DNA of 64,000 nt from Arcobacteraceae bacterium (GCA_963662945.1 OY759974.1:448001-512000), one strand, 5' to 3'. Positions 32,987 through 44,151 are shown, counted from the stretch's first letter. Notes: generated by a model from the letters alone, not told the origin. Translations and numbers: made by a program.

Positions 32987-33002
32987 TGCAATAACTATTC
33001 CT
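32987..33002 (-). promoter_or_regulatory. sigma54 promoter for fprA-nifQ-nifS-nifU-clpP
   Basis: AGGAATAGTTATTGCA (GG-N10-GC), overlaps hemD stop. Confidence 0.75.
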
Positions 33003-33900
33003 ATTTTAGCTCAAGAGCCTTTTTTACACAAGATTCTAAAGAAGTGTTATCAGAAATAACTGGTTTTATATACTCTGGAAAGAATTTTGCAGTGGTATGT
33101 CCTATACTTATAGCTGTAAAAGTTTCATCCCAAGTTACATTTTTAAGAAAACACTCTATTGTCGATGGAGAAGAAAAAATAATAGTAGAGTGTTTAGGGA
33201 GTTTTATCTTTTTCTTATACTCTTTACACACAGTTTCATATACAACTAAATTATCACATTGTATTTTATTTTGTTGTAAAATATCTACAAGATTAGAAAC
33301 TATTTTAGCACCACCAACATACAATGCTTTTTTCCCTTTTAGTTCTTTAATTATCTCTTTTGCAAATTCATCTCCATGATGTTCATGACCAACTAACTGT
33401 AACTTTCCGCCTAATGACTTCACTACTTTTGCAGTTTGAGGAGCTATTGCATAAGATGGTATTTTCTTCCAAGTATCATCCATATTGTTTAAAGCTTTTA
33501 TTGCATTTTTAGAAGTAAAAATAAGTGCATCATATCCTGCTAAGTTAATATTTTGTTTTTTATATTTAATATCAATTACTGGGATACTTTTTGTATGTTT
33601 TATATTTTTTTCACTTAAAATATATATTTTTTTATTACTATTTTTTATCCCTTTAAAAATATTTTTTATTCGTTGTTTAAGTCTTATTAAAAATCTATCT
33701 TCATAAGATATCACTATATCTTTATTTTCATCTATAAAAAAATCAATATCATTTTTTGATAAGGTATAGGTAATCTTAATAAGTTCTTCGTAGGCATTCT
33801 CTTTTGGTGCATTCGTATCCACAAAAAGGGTATTTGAAGGTAGGTCATATTCATAGTACAATAAATTTAAAGGTTCTAATAATTTTTTAATTTTGTCCAT
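33001..33900 (-). CDS. hemD: Uroporphyrinogen-III synthase with N-terminal extension; likely start MDKIKK at 33900
   Basis: YDALIFTSKNA, AIAPQTA, VVYET, IFSSPST, SIGHTTA. Confidence 0.82.
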   Translation of the reverse strand: MDKIKKLLEPLNLLYYEYDLPSNTLFVDTNAPKENAYEELIKITYTLSKNDIDFFIDENKDIVISYEDRFLIRLKQRIKNIFKGIKNSNKKIYILSEKNIKHTKSIPVIDIKYKKQNINLAGYDALIFTSKNAIKALNNMDDTWKKIPSYAIAPQTAKVVKSLGGKLQLVGHEHHGDEFAKEIIKELKGKKALYVGGAKIVSNLVDILQQNKIQCDNLVVYETVCKEYKKKIKLPKHSTIIFSSPSTIECFLKNVTWDETFTAISIGHTTAKFFPEYIKPVISDNTSLESCVKKALELK

Positions 33901-33963
33901 TTTAAAGTTCCAGATTATTTTATTTGGATATATTACTACAATAGTAATAAGGATAAAGTAAAA

Positions 33964-34650
33964 ATGAAATTTAATACACTTCATCATGGAAAACTTATAA
34001 AAAGATATAAAAGATTTTTAGCAGACATAGAGCTTGACAATCATGAAATTATAACAGCACACGTGCCAAATAGTGGAGCAATGACCTCTACAATAGAAAC
34101 TAACTGTGACGTTTGGGTAAGTTTTCATGATAATCCCAAAAGGAAACTAAAATACACCCTAGAACTTACAAAATTGTATAATCAATATATTTGTACAAAC
34201 ACTAATGTAGCAAATAAACTAGCCATAGAAGCTATACAAAATGGTACAATTAAAGAATTGCAAAATTATTCAACTTTGAAACCTGAACAAAAATATGGAC
34301 AAAATAGTCGTATCGATATCTTACTTGAGAATGAAAATAAAAAATGTTATGTAGAGGTAAAAAGTGTAACATTAAAAATTGATAACTATTTAGCATTTCC
34401 TGATTCTGTTACATCAAGAGGAGAAAAACATCTTAATGAATTACTTCAAATGGTAAAAGATGGGCATAGAGCAGTTATGCTTTATATTATCCAAAGAACA
34501 GATGATTTACCTTTTAGAATAGCAAATGAGATTGATAAAAAATATTATGAAAGTTTTTTAGAGGTTACAGAACAAGGAGTGGAAGTATTAGTTTATCAAT
34601 CAACTATATCTCAACAAGAAATTGTTATAAATCAAAAAATAGAATTTTAA
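33964..34650 (+). CDS. sfsA: DNA/RNA nuclease SfsA
   Basis: KRYKRFLAD, HVPNSGAM, SRID, YVEVKSVT, FPDSVTSRGEKHL. Confidence 0.93.
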   Translation: MKFNTLHHGKLIKRYKRFLADIELDNHEIITAHVPNSGAMTSTIETNCDVWVSFHDNPKRKLKYTLELTKLYNQYICTNTNVANKLAIEAIQNGTIKELQNYSTLKPEQKYGQNSRIDILLENENKKCYVEVKSVTLKIDNYLAFPDSVTSRGEKHLNELLQMVKDGHRAVMLYIIQRTDDLPFRIANEIDKKYYESFLEVTEQGVEVLVYQSTISQQEIVINQKIEF

Positions 34651-35819
34651 CTTCTATTTTTTTCTCCATAAATTTTAATTGTATCTCTACCACTTCCTTT
34701 AGCTTCATATAGAGCTAAATCTGCTAATTTAAATGCAGTTAAAAAGTTTTTTGATTTAGCTGGTTCCGTATTAATTCCTATAGATACTGTAATATGAATA
34801 TAATCTTCACTGTTTATAAACATTTTATGCTCTTTTATATTTTGAAATATTCTTTTTATTACATTAAGTGCGATATCTGTTTTTTCAGATTTTGTCTTAA
34901 TCAAAATTACAAATTCTTCTCCACCATAGCGAATAACAAAATCCTCTTCAACCCTAATTGTATGAAGTAATACATTTCCTACTTCACGAAGTACAATATC
35001 TCCAATATCATGTCCATAAGTATCATTAACATTTTTAAAATAATCAATATCAAGTGCAGCAATAATAAATTCATCTAATTCAATTGTATCTTGAATTTCA
35101 TGAAGATAGTTTCTATTATATGTATTTGTTAACTTATCTACATATGATGATTTTTTCATCTTTCTATATTTGATAAACTGCATTGCAACAATACAAAAAA
35201 AGATAAATATTATAGTTAAAATAAAAAACAATCCACTTTTCATCATTGTAATAATTTGATTTATCTTTTCTAATTTATCAACAGAAAAATCTATGACTAA
35301 TACTAATGTTACTTCGTCTTGATAAAGAATTGGAACTAAATAACTTAATGATAACTTTCGTATTAACGTATGTTTAATTACAACTGGCTCTTTTGTTTTA
35401 TAAAGTTCAAACCATTGATTACTCGTAATATCAAATTTTTGATTTATCATCGCTTTTTCTTCACTAGGAGAACCATCTACTAAAAATCGAAAAGTATTTT
35501 TTTTATCTTTATACAGTAAATAAGTATATTTTATATTAGGTGTTAGAAGATTTTTTAGTTGTATCTCCAAATTTTGCTGTAATTGTGTATTCTTTTTTAT
35601 ATCTTCTATATAATTTGTACTATCTTTTAAAATCAATTTAATATGTTCTGCTTTATTTTGTGTTATATGCATTACATCTGTAGTCGCTATTTTAAACATC
35701 TCATCTTCAATATTTTTTTCATACTCTAAAATAATATATAACAAAAATATCAGGAAAGGAACTATAATAAACATTATACTCACAAAAAAATAAGTATTTT
35801 TAAAAATTGATTTAGTCAT
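34647..35819 (-). CDS. Membrane sensor diguanylate cyclase (2 TM, periplasmic domain, GGDEF)
   Basis: DIDYFKNVNDTYGH, RYGGEEF. Confidence 0.9.
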   Translation of the reverse strand: MTKSIFKNTYFFVSIMFIIVPFLIFLLYIILEYEKNIEDEMFKIATTDVMHITQNKAEHIKLILKDSTNYIEDIKKNTQLQQNLEIQLKNLLTPNIKYTYLLYKDKKNTFRFLVDGSPSEEKAMINQKFDITSNQWFELYKTKEPVVIKHTLIRKLSLSYLVPILYQDEVTLVLVIDFSVDKLEKINQIITMMKSGLFFILTIIFIFFCIVAMQFIKYRKMKKSSYVDKLTNTYNRNYLHEIQDTIELDEFIIAALDIDYFKNVNDTYGHDIGDIVLREVGNVLLHTIRVEEDFVIRYGGEEFVILIKTKSEKTDIALNVIKRIFQNIKEHKMFINSEDYIHITVSIGINTEPAKSKNFLTAFKLADLALYEAKGSGRDTIKIYGEKNRS

Positions 35820-36282
35820 TTATATCTTCTATATATTTTGAATATTCTTTAGATAATTGTACGTGGTTCTCTTCTAATCGTTGTTTAATAAATACTATAT
35901 TTGGTCTACTTTTGCTCCAAAAAAATGCTCCATAATATTGCTTATTTACCATAAGCCTTCTATAGTTATTTGTAAAAAAGAGTTTACCTAATTTTTTACA
36001 CTCATTACTTACTAAGCCTTTATTATCAAAAATAAAATTTGCTTCTTTACAATCATCTGTAAGAGTAAAAAATTGAGAATATATCTCTTTTTCTTGTACT
36101 GAAATTTCAGGAATATATAATATTACTTTTTCTTTAAGAGAAGATGTTGCGATTTTTGAAATTATCTTTGCTTCGAATTCTATCTCCTTATCATATGTAT
36201 TAACTAAAAAAACATGTTGTTCACTAAAAGAAAAAGAAATAACTGTTAGTAATAAAATTAGTATTTTCATTAAAACACCCAC
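35812..36282 (-). CDS. Exported hypothetical protein, possibly YfiR/HmsC-like
   Basis: Signal peptide, two Cys, GAFFWSKSRPNIVF; overlaps both neighbours; start may be 36270. Confidence 0.6.
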   Translation of the reverse strand: MGVLMKILILLLTVISFSFSEQHVFLVNTYDKEIEFEAKIISKIATSSLKEKVILYIPEISVQEKEIYSQFFTLTDDCKEANFIFDNKGLVSNECKKLGKLFFTNNYRRLMVNKQYYGAFFWSKSRPNIVFIKQRLEENHVQLSKEYSKYIEDIND

Positions 36283-38198
36283 TTCATACTAAGAGTTACT
36301 TCTCTTTGATAATCTTCTAAAGCAAAAGGAGTTCCCGTAAATAATCCCTCTTTATAAAGTGATTTTGTAGATTTATCAAGAAGATTTTCCCCTTTAAGAC
36401 TTATTGATTGATGTTTTGAAAGATGATAGGTAAATCCTAGATTAAGGTTATAACTATCTTTTACATTAACTGTAGTAAATCTATATGCATTTTTATATAT
36501 TAATGAAGTGAAATAATCAAGTTTATCATATTCACCTGTAAACTTAATATAACCACCTTTATTTGAATTATTTAAAGTTTCACTGAGTTTTGTTGTAAAA
36601 TAATTTAACTCTAATTTATGATTTAATGAAAGCTCATAGGTATAATCAAAAATCCAATTTTTTGTTTTAATTGTATGATCATTAATATTTGTAAAGCCAA
36701 CTGGAGTATAATAAATAAAATTTTCAATCTTAACATCATTATACAAAATACTTAATCGAGATTTTTCATCTGCATATACACCTTCAATAGTGTAATATTT
36801 ATATTCTTGATTTTTAAGATTAAGTCTATTTGGATTTGTAATATCTGAATAATCAATATTATAAAATGATGGTGCTAAAGATGTCTTAGTAACAAAGCTT
36901 TTTAATCCAAAATGTTCTAAAGGGCTATAAATAGCTCCTATTCTATAATGTTCTGTATTAAAATCTTCTAACCCACCATTTCTCTTATATTTATCTACTT
37001 TGGCATTTCCTATTACTAACAAATCATCATGAAGTTTATAATCATCTTGGATAAATAAAGAACTAATAGTTTCTGTATCAAATCCATTAAAAGCTCCAAT
37101 TTCAGTAGTAGTATTAAGAAAATTGACTGTCGTATTTTGTTTTGTTTTATATTTTTTATTTTGAATAGAAGTTCCAATAAGAAAGTTATTACCTCTAATT
37201 GAAAAACTTTTTGATAATAATCCACTATATTTTTTAAATTGAGTATTTTGATAATATTCTTTTGGAATTGTCGTACCTAAACTAGCCATATTCAATGCAG
37301 GTATTATCTCTAACCCAGCACTATTTCGTTCTTCATATTGTAGTTCATTAAAATCATAAGATAAATTTAATTTTAATGATTTATCATCTAAAAAATAGCT
37401 TGTTATATCAAAAAAATAATTTTTTGATTTTATCTTACCATCATCAGGAACTACATCTAAAGCAAATCCTGTATAATTATCTTTTTCTAAATCAGTATAT
37501 CCAAAATTAACACTTGAACTTTCTTTTTGCCCATTAAAATAAAAATAATTCCTACTAGAATTATTATGTAATTGTTGTGTTTTATAATTTTGTTTTTCAT
37601 GTACCTTGCTATTATTAAAATAAGCAAGATATGACCAACCATTGCTTAAAACATCTGCATGACTTATACTTTTAGAATTTGTCCCATGAGAAGCAATAGT
37701 TCCAACTATTTGTGACCCATTCTCTTTTAAAGGGTTTTTTGTATACACTCGTATAAAAAATATCCCTGCATCACTTCCTAATGCAAAAGAACTATTTCCT
37801 CTATATACTTCTATATAATCTACAAAATCTAAAGGAAGATTTATCCATGAGAAAGAGGGAGATTGCATATAGATTGAACTAACTTCATGATCATTGATAA
37901 ACAATCGAAAAAATCCACTTACATCTGTTTTACTTCCAGAGAGAGAAAGATTTGAAACACCTAATTTATTAGTATTAAAATTATTTATTGGAAATTCTTT
38001 TAAAATATCAGAAAGTGTAGTATATTGCATACGTTTTAATTCTTCCTGAGAATAAATAGTCACATTTCCCAATTTTTCATCGACAGTTTTAAGGGATTTT
38101 TTAGTACTTGATTCATACTCTTGAAGTAAAGTATCTATATTTTGAGCATACATAAAATTTATACATATAAAAAAAATAAATAAGATATACTTATACAT
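36270..38198 (-). CDS. TonB-dependent receptor-like outer membrane protein
   Basis: Signal peptide, plug motif VDYIEVYRG, GENLLD, terminal KWVF. Confidence 0.85.
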   Translation of the reverse strand: MYKYILFIFFICINFMYAQNIDTLLQEYESSTKKSLKTVDEKLGNVTIYSQEELKRMQYTTLSDILKEFPINNFNTNKLGVSNLSLSGSKTDVSGFFRLFINDHEVSSIYMQSPSFSWINLPLDFVDYIEVYRGNSSFALGSDAGIFFIRVYTKNPLKENGSQIVGTIASHGTNSKSISHADVLSNGWSYLAYFNNSKVHEKQNYKTQQLHNNSSRNYFYFNGQKESSSVNFGYTDLEKDNYTGFALDVVPDDGKIKSKNYFFDITSYFLDDKSLKLNLSYDFNELQYEERNSAGLEIIPALNMASLGTTIPKEYYQNTQFKKYSGLLSKSFSIRGNNFLIGTSIQNKKYKTKQNTTVNFLNTTTEIGAFNGFDTETISSLFIQDDYKLHDDLLVIGNAKVDKYKRNGGLEDFNTEHYRIGAIYSPLEHFGLKSFVTKTSLAPSFYNIDYSDITNPNRLNLKNQEYKYYTIEGVYADEKSRLSILYNDVKIENFIYYTPVGFTNINDHTIKTKNWIFDYTYELSLNHKLELNYFTTKLSETLNNSNKGGYIKFTGEYDKLDYFTSLIYKNAYRFTTVNVKDSYNLNLGFTYHLSKHQSISLKGENLLDKSTKSLYKEGLFTGTPFALEDYQREVTLSMKWVF

Positions 38199-38251
38199 AA
38201 ATTACTCCACTAAATTTTGCTTATTCTAGTGAAATAATCATTAAAAGATGG

Positions 38252-38626
38252 TTATTGATTTTGATTTTTTAAAAGTATTCTTTTGAGCCAAAGTGGTGCA
38301 TTTCCTTGCATCATTTTTTGTAATGATTGTATCACATCTTCTATTCTTTCAGCTTCATGAGATGACTTCATTGGATAGATACCACACTTTTGTACCATAT
38401 TGGCAGCTTTTGGTCCTATTTGAGATACATAAACGATGTCGCTATCTTCTAAACAATTGATTTTATATTCTAATTTATCCACCTCATCATCAAACTTTAG
38501 TGAAGAATCAACTTCATTAATAAGTTCATAATCATCTTCAGAAACTTCATAAATATAAAACATCTCACACCAACCAAAATGTTGGTTTACATGAACATTA
38601 TCTTTTGATGCAAATGCTATTTTCAT
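38252..38626 (-). CDS. nifX: NifX FeMo-co carrier
   Basis: MKIAFAS.D..HVNQHFG, IGPKAA, APLWLKR. Confidence 0.9.
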   Translation of the reverse strand: MKIAFASKDNVHVNQHFGWCEMFYIYEVSEDDYELINEVDSSLKFDDEVDKLEYKINCLEDSDIVYVSQIGPKAANMVQKCGIYPMKSSHEAERIEDVIQSLQKMMQGNAPLWLKRILLKNQNQ

Positions 38627-38641
38627 AAATTTGTCCTAGTG

Positions 38642-39613
38642 TTAGATAATATATATCTGTATATTCTCATCAATGATTTGAGAAAGTGTATTTTTAATCA
38701 TATCATAAGTACTTGTAGCACCCAAGCTACACCCAGCACAGGCACCTTGATATGCAAGTCTTATTTGAATCTCTGGTTCATTAATATAATCTAAAATCAT
38801 CATATCTCCACCATCTTTTACTAAAATTGGTCGAATATAACGGTCAAGTGCATCTGCTATAAGTTCATATTGCTCTTCATATGATTTTGCTCTAAATACT
38901 TGATTAAGTTCACATGTTTTATTTGGTAATTTATCAACACCACCCATTTGAGCTACTGCCATTGGATGACCAGATAGTGCTGCATTTAACATGGCATTAA
39001 AACCTTCTCTTACTCTATCTTCATTTGTTCTATCTTTTAAAAGAAGAAGCCCTAATCTAAAATTTGCACCTTGATGATTTTTTTTCACTGCAATTCTAAA
39101 ATAATCTATTGCTTTTTCTTCATCCTCTTCTACACCAATTTTTGATTGATACATAAGTGCCAAATTATATGTTGCAGAGTCATTTTCATAAACTGCACCT
39201 TTTTCAAACCACTCTCGAGCTTTGTCAAAGTCTTTTTCTACACCCTCACCTTTTAAGTACATCAAACCAATATTTGCCATTGCTTGGTCATTTTTGAGTT
39301 CTGCTTCTTTTTCCCAAATACTTAATGCTGTTGCAAAATCTTTTGCTCTATATGCTTTTAATGCTTCTCTATGTTCCATAAATCTAATTCCTTCTTTTGG
39401 ATTTGGGATCTCTTTCCCTAACTCTAATTGTTTTTTTATATGCTTTTCTAAATACTCAGTAGCTATCTCTATCGCTTCGTAATAATCTTCACTAGAACCT
39501 TTTATATCAAAGTCAGTATAAACTGCCAAATAAGCATCACCAACCTCATGTTCCCCTGGATAAACTTCAACTGGATAATCCAAACTCATATAGTATTCTA
39601 AATTTTTTTCCAT
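38642..39613 (-). CDS. HicB-like / Sel1-repeat / NifU-C (Nfu) fusion protein
   Basis: YYMSLDYPV..GKEIPNP; Sel1 repeats MYLKGEGVEKD, MYQSKIGVEED; IRPILVKDGGD..YQGACAGC. Confidence 0.8.
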   Translation of the reverse strand: MEKNLEYYMSLDYPVEVYPGEHEVGDAYLAVYTDFDIKGSSEDYYEAIEIATEYLEKHIKKQLELGKEIPNPKEGIRFMEHREALKAYRAKDFATALSIWEKEAELKNDQAMANIGLMYLKGEGVEKDFDKAREWFEKGAVYENDSATYNLALMYQSKIGVEEDEEKAIDYFRIAVKKNHQGANFRLGLLLLKDRTNEDRVREGFNAMLNAALSGHPMAVAQMGGVDKLPNKTCELNQVFRAKSYEEQYELIADALDRYIRPILVKDGGDMMILDYINEPEIQIRLAYQGACAGCSLGATSTYDMIKNTLSQIIDENIQIYII

Positions 39614-39913
39614 CTAGCAACACTCCAACTCAACTTGATCTAGAACTTCTGTACCTTTTTGGAAATCAAACTCTTCAAATAAATCATGGATATAAAACAC
39701 ATTTGCACATACTAAATACAAAGTATCTTTTTCTTCCCCTTTACTCCAAACTTCTCGATAATTTTCTGGTATTTTATCCATAAAATTAACCCATAAACCA
39801 TTTTTCGATTCTGGTTTTGATTCAAAAAGTTCATTCATAGCATCAAGAACCAATGCAGCATTTTCATAACAATCTATATTGTTAAATGTAACATATCTAT
39901 CTTTTACTTCCAT
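39614..39913 (-). CDS. cowN: Nitrogenase CO-protection protein CowN
   Basis: DRYVTF.NIDC, LYLVCANV.YI.DLFE, terminal ELECC. Confidence 0.88.
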   Translation of the reverse strand: MEVKDRYVTFNNIDCYENAALVLDAMNELFESKPESKNGLWVNFMDKIPENYREVWSKGEEKDTLYLVCANVFYIHDLFEEFDFQKGTEVLDQVELECC

Positions 39914-39916
39914 AAT

Positions 39917-40309
39917 TTACTTATTATCCTCACAACCACAACTACAAGTTTCACCCTCACCAGGATTGAGTAGGTTTTTATAATTGTCATTTGTAAGTTT
40001 TACTAGTTTGTTATTATTAAAATTATTACATATATCTTCTATTGAATAAGTATTATAATCAGCAGTGTAAACATCCATACCATTTTTATCAAATGATTTA
40101 TAAACACCTTCACCCATATAATAAAATATAGTAGAATCTACACCTTTTGTTTTTAAGAAATCACCACTTTTAGGTCCTTCCCCTTGAACATCATTTGTTA
40201 TGATTTCATACTTACCTGTATGGGTATCTAGTAGTGCAAAATATGGAACTCTTCCATAAAGTTTTGAAATAGTTGTTGATTCTTTTGTATCGATTGGAAT
40301 TGCTAACAT
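39917..40309 (-). CDS. NifB/NifX-family protein
   Basis: LAIPID..ISKLYGRVPYFAL, MGEGVY..F...G..VY. Confidence 0.8.
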   Translation of the reverse strand: MLAIPIDTKESTTISKLYGRVPYFALLDTHTGKYEIITNDVQGEGPKSGDFLKTKGVDSTIFYYMGEGVYKSFDKNGMDVYTADYNTYSIEDICNNFNNNKLVKLTNDNYKNLLNPGEGETCSCGCEDNK

Positions 40310-40345
40310 TATAAATCCTTTTCTACATTTATATGCTAGTATATT

Positions 40346-40361
40346 TGCATAATCTATTCCC
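40346..40361 (-). promoter_or_regulatory. sigma54 promoter for the cowN/nifX operon, overlapping the upstream gene's 3' end
   Basis: GGGAATAGATTATGCA (GG-N10-GC). Confidence 0.75.
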
Positions 40362-41226
40362 TAAATATTGTTTTATCTCGTCCTGTCAATTTTGCTTTGT
40401 ATAATAACTTATCTGCCTCTTTTAATAAATCATCAATTGTTAGAAAAGTATCATTGTATTGTGCAATTCCACTACTAATAGTAAAATTTACTTTTTTTGA
40501 TTCTACATCTAAAGTATCTGCTTTTATATTATTTCTTATAACTTCAAGAAGTTCAAAAAGTATTGCTTTACTTTCAAAATTACAAACAATTGCAAACTCT
40601 TCACCACCAAGTCGTCCAAATATACTCTGTGATGGAAGCATACTTTGAATCATCTTAGCTATTCTTTTTATCACAATATCCCCAATATGATGTCCATAAG
40701 TATCATTAATACTTTTAAAATTATCAATATCAATCATCACAGCAAATAGATCTTTTTGTTGAAATTCAAATCTTTCTTGTGCTAATTCAAAAAACTTTCT
40801 ACGATTTAAAATACCTGTCATAGTATCATGAGAAGATATATATTCAAGATTTTTTATCATACTTTGTAACTCTAATTGAGTTTTTACTCTAGCCATTAAT
40901 TCTTTAGGTTTAAATGGTTTAGAAACATAATCACTCCCACCAACTTCATAAGCTTTTTCAATACTATCTTCATCTGTTTTTGCAGTAATAAATATTATAG
41001 GAATTGCTTGAGTTTGAGGATTTTGTTTTAATTGTCTACACACTTCATATCCATCTATATTGGGCATCATAATATCAAGAAGTATTAGATTTGGTACCTC
41101 TTCATTTGCTATTTCTATAGCATTTTTTCCATCTAAAGCAACTATAACATCATACTTGTCCCCAAGTAATTCTACTAATATTTTTATATTTATTTTTGTA
41201 TCATCAATAACCAATATGGTTTCCAC
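40354..41226 (-). CDS. REC-GGDEF response regulator diguanylate cyclase
   Basis: ILVIDD, LLDIMMP, KPF; DIDNFK, RLGGEEF; no RxxD I-site. Confidence 0.92.
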   Translation of the reverse strand: METILVIDDTKINIKILVELLGDKYDVIVALDGKNAIEIANEEVPNLILLDIMMPNIDGYEVCRQLKQNPQTQAIPIIFITAKTDEDSIEKAYEVGGSDYVSKPFKPKELMARVKTQLELQSMIKNLEYISSHDTMTGILNRRKFFELAQERFEFQQKDLFAVMIDIDNFKSINDTYGHHIGDIVIKRIAKMIQSMLPSQSIFGRLGGEEFAIVCNFESKAILFELLEVIRNNIKADTLDVESKKVNFTISSGIAQYNDTFLTIDDLLKEADKLLYKAKLTGRDKTIFRE

Positions 41227-41235
41227 AATTTTCCT

Positions 41236-44151
41236 TTATATGAGTGCAAGAAGTTCTAAAGCCTTTTGAAAATCAAATTTTTCTGTACATTGCTTTATGT
41301 GATTAAAATTTATTTGTTCCTTTTTTGAAAGCTTATATTGATTTAGTTCCTCTAGTACCTTTTCAATATTTTTAGGTCTTTTAGAATGTAAAGTCTCTTC
41401 AAGTTTTTTACACAACTCTTTTTTCTTTTCACTTGTTAAGATCTCTTTTGGGTTCATAGATGACTCGTTTTGAAAACTCAACTGTTCTAATTCCTCAATT
41501 ACTTTATTCGTTTCTTTATAAAGTTTATCAATTAAACTTGAATCATTTTTATTTTCAACTTCTTGTATAATTTTATTAAGATTAATAGCCCCTATATTAG
41601 CGCTTAATCCCTTCATAGTATGTAAAACTCTTTTTTTCTCTTCATCTTCTAAATTATCTATAGTAAAACTTTTATAATCTTGATAAAAAGTATTTAATAC
41701 TTTCAGATATAACTCTTTATTATTGGCTAAATGTTTTAATCCATTTATTGTATCTATATATTTAAAATTCGGTAATTTTATTAGCTCTTGATTTTCTACA
41801 ATTTTATCTAGAGAAAGATATTTTCTTAATGTTGTATATAGTTTTTTTACTTCAATTGGTTTATTTAAGTGTTCTTGCATCCCTGCAGCTTTTGTTGCTT
41901 CGATATCCTCTTTCATCGCATTAGCAGTTAATGCAATAATAGGTATATTTTTATTAATCTTTTTTATATGTTTAGTTGCTTCATATCCATCCATTATTGG
42001 CATCTGAATATCCATAAGGATCAATTGATATTTATTTTTATTTTTTTGAAATATCTCTAAAGCTTCTTTCCCATTTGATGCTATATCTATTGTTATTTCG
42101 CTTTGCTCTAACAGCCCTACAACTATCTCTTGATTCATTTTATTATCTTCAACTAATAATATATGCTTTCCACTAAAAGGAATAGTTTGCACTTCTCTTT
42201 TTATAACTGTTTTATTTAAATCTTCAATATTAAAATCTTTAATAAATATATCACTTAAAATATCATTTAATAAAGAGGGATTCACAGGCTTTTGCAAAAA
42301 TAATTTTATACCAACTTCTCTTGCTAATTGGACTATTGATTCTTGTCTAAAGCTACTAACCATTATTACAGTTGGAGGCTTTTTGCCCTTATACTGTTCA
42401 TTGATAATTCTTGTTGTTTCTATACCATCAAGTTCAGGCATATTCCAATCCATAAGTATAAGATCATAATCGATATTACCTTTTTTCAGATGTTCTATCG
42501 CTTCATTTCCACTTTTTACACCATATACTTTGATATTAAACATACCCAAAATATTTTCAAGAACTTCATGCCAAGTTTCATTGTCATCTACAACTAATAC
42601 TTTTTTATCAGGAAAAATATTATATTTTTTTGTTTCATTTTTTTCTTCTAATTCAATTTCAAATATGAAAGAACTTCCAACTCCATATTCACTCTCAATC
42701 CATATTTTACCATTCATCAACTCTACAAGCTGTTTTGATATGGTTAGACCTAAACCCGTACCTCCATATTTTCTTGTAGTACTTCCATCTGCTTGTGAAA
42801 AAGACTCAAATAGTTTTGATTGTTGCTCTTGGGTTAAACCAATTCCTGTATCTTTTACCTCAAATTTATATCTGTTTCGAGATGCTTTTGAAATATATAA
42901 ACCAACTTCACCCTCTTGTGTAAATTTTACTGCATTAGCTAAAAGATTTGTAAGAATTTGTGAAAGTCGTAAATTGTCCCCATAAAACTTTTTACCTATA
43001 CTTGTATCATAACTCACAATAAGTTCAAGATTTTTTTCGTGAAGTTTAAACTCTATGATATTAACTACATTTTCTATAGTTTTAAAAAGATCAAAATCAA
43101 CCTTATCAATAGAGAGTTTTCCAGCCTCAATTTTAGAAAAATCTAATATATCATTAATAATAGAGAGAAGTGTTTTTGCACTATGATCTATCTTTTGTAT
43201 ATAATTTTTTTGTCTCTCATTAAGGTCTGTTTGCAGTGCCAGATGAGACATACCAATAATACCATTCATAGGTGTTCGTATCTCATGAGACATATTTGCT
43301 AAAAATTCTGATTTTGATTTTGTAGACTCTTCTGCTTTAACTTTAGCGATTTCAAGCTCTTTGGTTCTATTTTCAACCTTCTTTTCTAAACTTTCATTAA
43401 GATCTTTTAATTGAGAATATGAATGATTGAGTTTTTTAGTCATATTTGAAAATGTTTTTGCTAAAATTCCAACTTCACCTTTTGTAGTTATATTATCCAA
43501 TTCCTCTTTAATATTATTTTTTCCCTCTGAGACCCTTTGTGCAATATCTGTTAAAAGTATAATTGGTCGAATAAGTCTTTGAGCAAATATATAACCTAAA
43601 AATGAGAAAAATAAAGCTATAGAAAGTGCTGTAATAAGTGATGTTTTAATATTAGTGTATATTTTCTTTTCAATATCTTGCTGCGCTTTATCTACTTCAA
43701 TATTCAATTTTGTTAAAGGATAAACAATACTCAATGTACCCCATTTTTGAAATAATTGAATAGGTGTAGAGATAACAATATCGTTATTCAGCTCTTTAAT
43801 AGTAACTTTATCGACGGACATTTTGTAAATACGCCCTTCAAATATTTGAACTGTATTATCAACATTATTTAACACTATACCATCTATCTCATCTCTACTT
43901 ATTAAGTTTTTAAATATTGTGTTTATATGAGATAAATTTAATGAAGCAATATCATTTTCAATCTCTTTTTTATAATACTCTATTGTCTGATTTGCATTAA
44001 ATTTTAAATTTGATTTCATTAAAGAGATTCTTTTATCAAGTTCATTATTCATTATCTCAATTTGCTCATTAATATTTTTAACAGTAAATATTACTGTGAT
44101 TGAAATTACTATTATTAATATATTTGAAATTAATTTACTCTTTAAACTCAC
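41236..44151 (-). CDS. Hybrid histidine kinase (2 TM, HAMP, HisKA, HATPase, 2 REC, Hpt)
   Basis: [51 protein letters not shown]. Confidence 0.93.
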   Translation of the reverse strand: MSLKSKLISNILIIVISITVIFTVKNINEQIEIMNNELDKRISLMKSNLKFNANQTIEYYKKEIENDIASLNLSHINTIFKNLISRDEIDGIVLNNVDNTVQIFEGRIYKMSVDKVTIKELNNDIVISTPIQLFQKWGTLSIVYPLTKLNIEVDKAQQDIEKKIYTNIKTSLITALSIALFFSFLGYIFAQRLIRPIILLTDIAQRVSEGKNNIKEELDNITTKGEVGILAKTFSNMTKKLNHSYSQLKDLNESLEKKVENRTKELEIAKVKAEESTKSKSEFLANMSHEIRTPMNGIIGMSHLALQTDLNERQKNYIQKIDHSAKTLLSIINDILDFSKIEAGKLSIDKVDFDLFKTIENVVNIIEFKLHEKNLELIVSYDTSIGKKFYGDNLRLSQILTNLLANAVKFTQEGEVGLYISKASRNRYKFEVKDTGIGLTQEQQSKLFESFSQADGSTTRKYGGTGLGLTISKQLVELMNGKIWIESEYGVGSSFIFEIELEEKNETKKYNIFPDKKVLVVDDNETWHEVLENILGMFNIKVYGVKSGNEAIEHLKKGNIDYDLILMDWNMPELDGIETTRIINEQYKGKKPPTVIMVSSFRQESIVQLAREVGIKLFLQKPVNPSLLNDILSDIFIKDFNIEDLNKTVIKREVQTIPFSGKHILLVEDNKMNQEIVVGLLEQSEITIDIASNGKEALEIFQKNKNKYQLILMDIQMPIMDGYEATKHIKKINKNIPIIALTANAMKEDIEATKAAGMQEHLNKPIEVKKLYTTLRKYLSLDKIVENQELIKLPNFKYIDTINGLKHLANNKELYLKVLNTFYQDYKSFTIDNLEDEEKKRVLHTMKGLSANIGAINLNKIIQEVENKNDSSLIDKLYKETNKVIEELEQLSFQNESSMNPKEILTSEKKKELCKKLEETLHSKRPKNIEKVLEELNQYKLSKKEQINFNHIKQCTEKFDFQKALELLALI

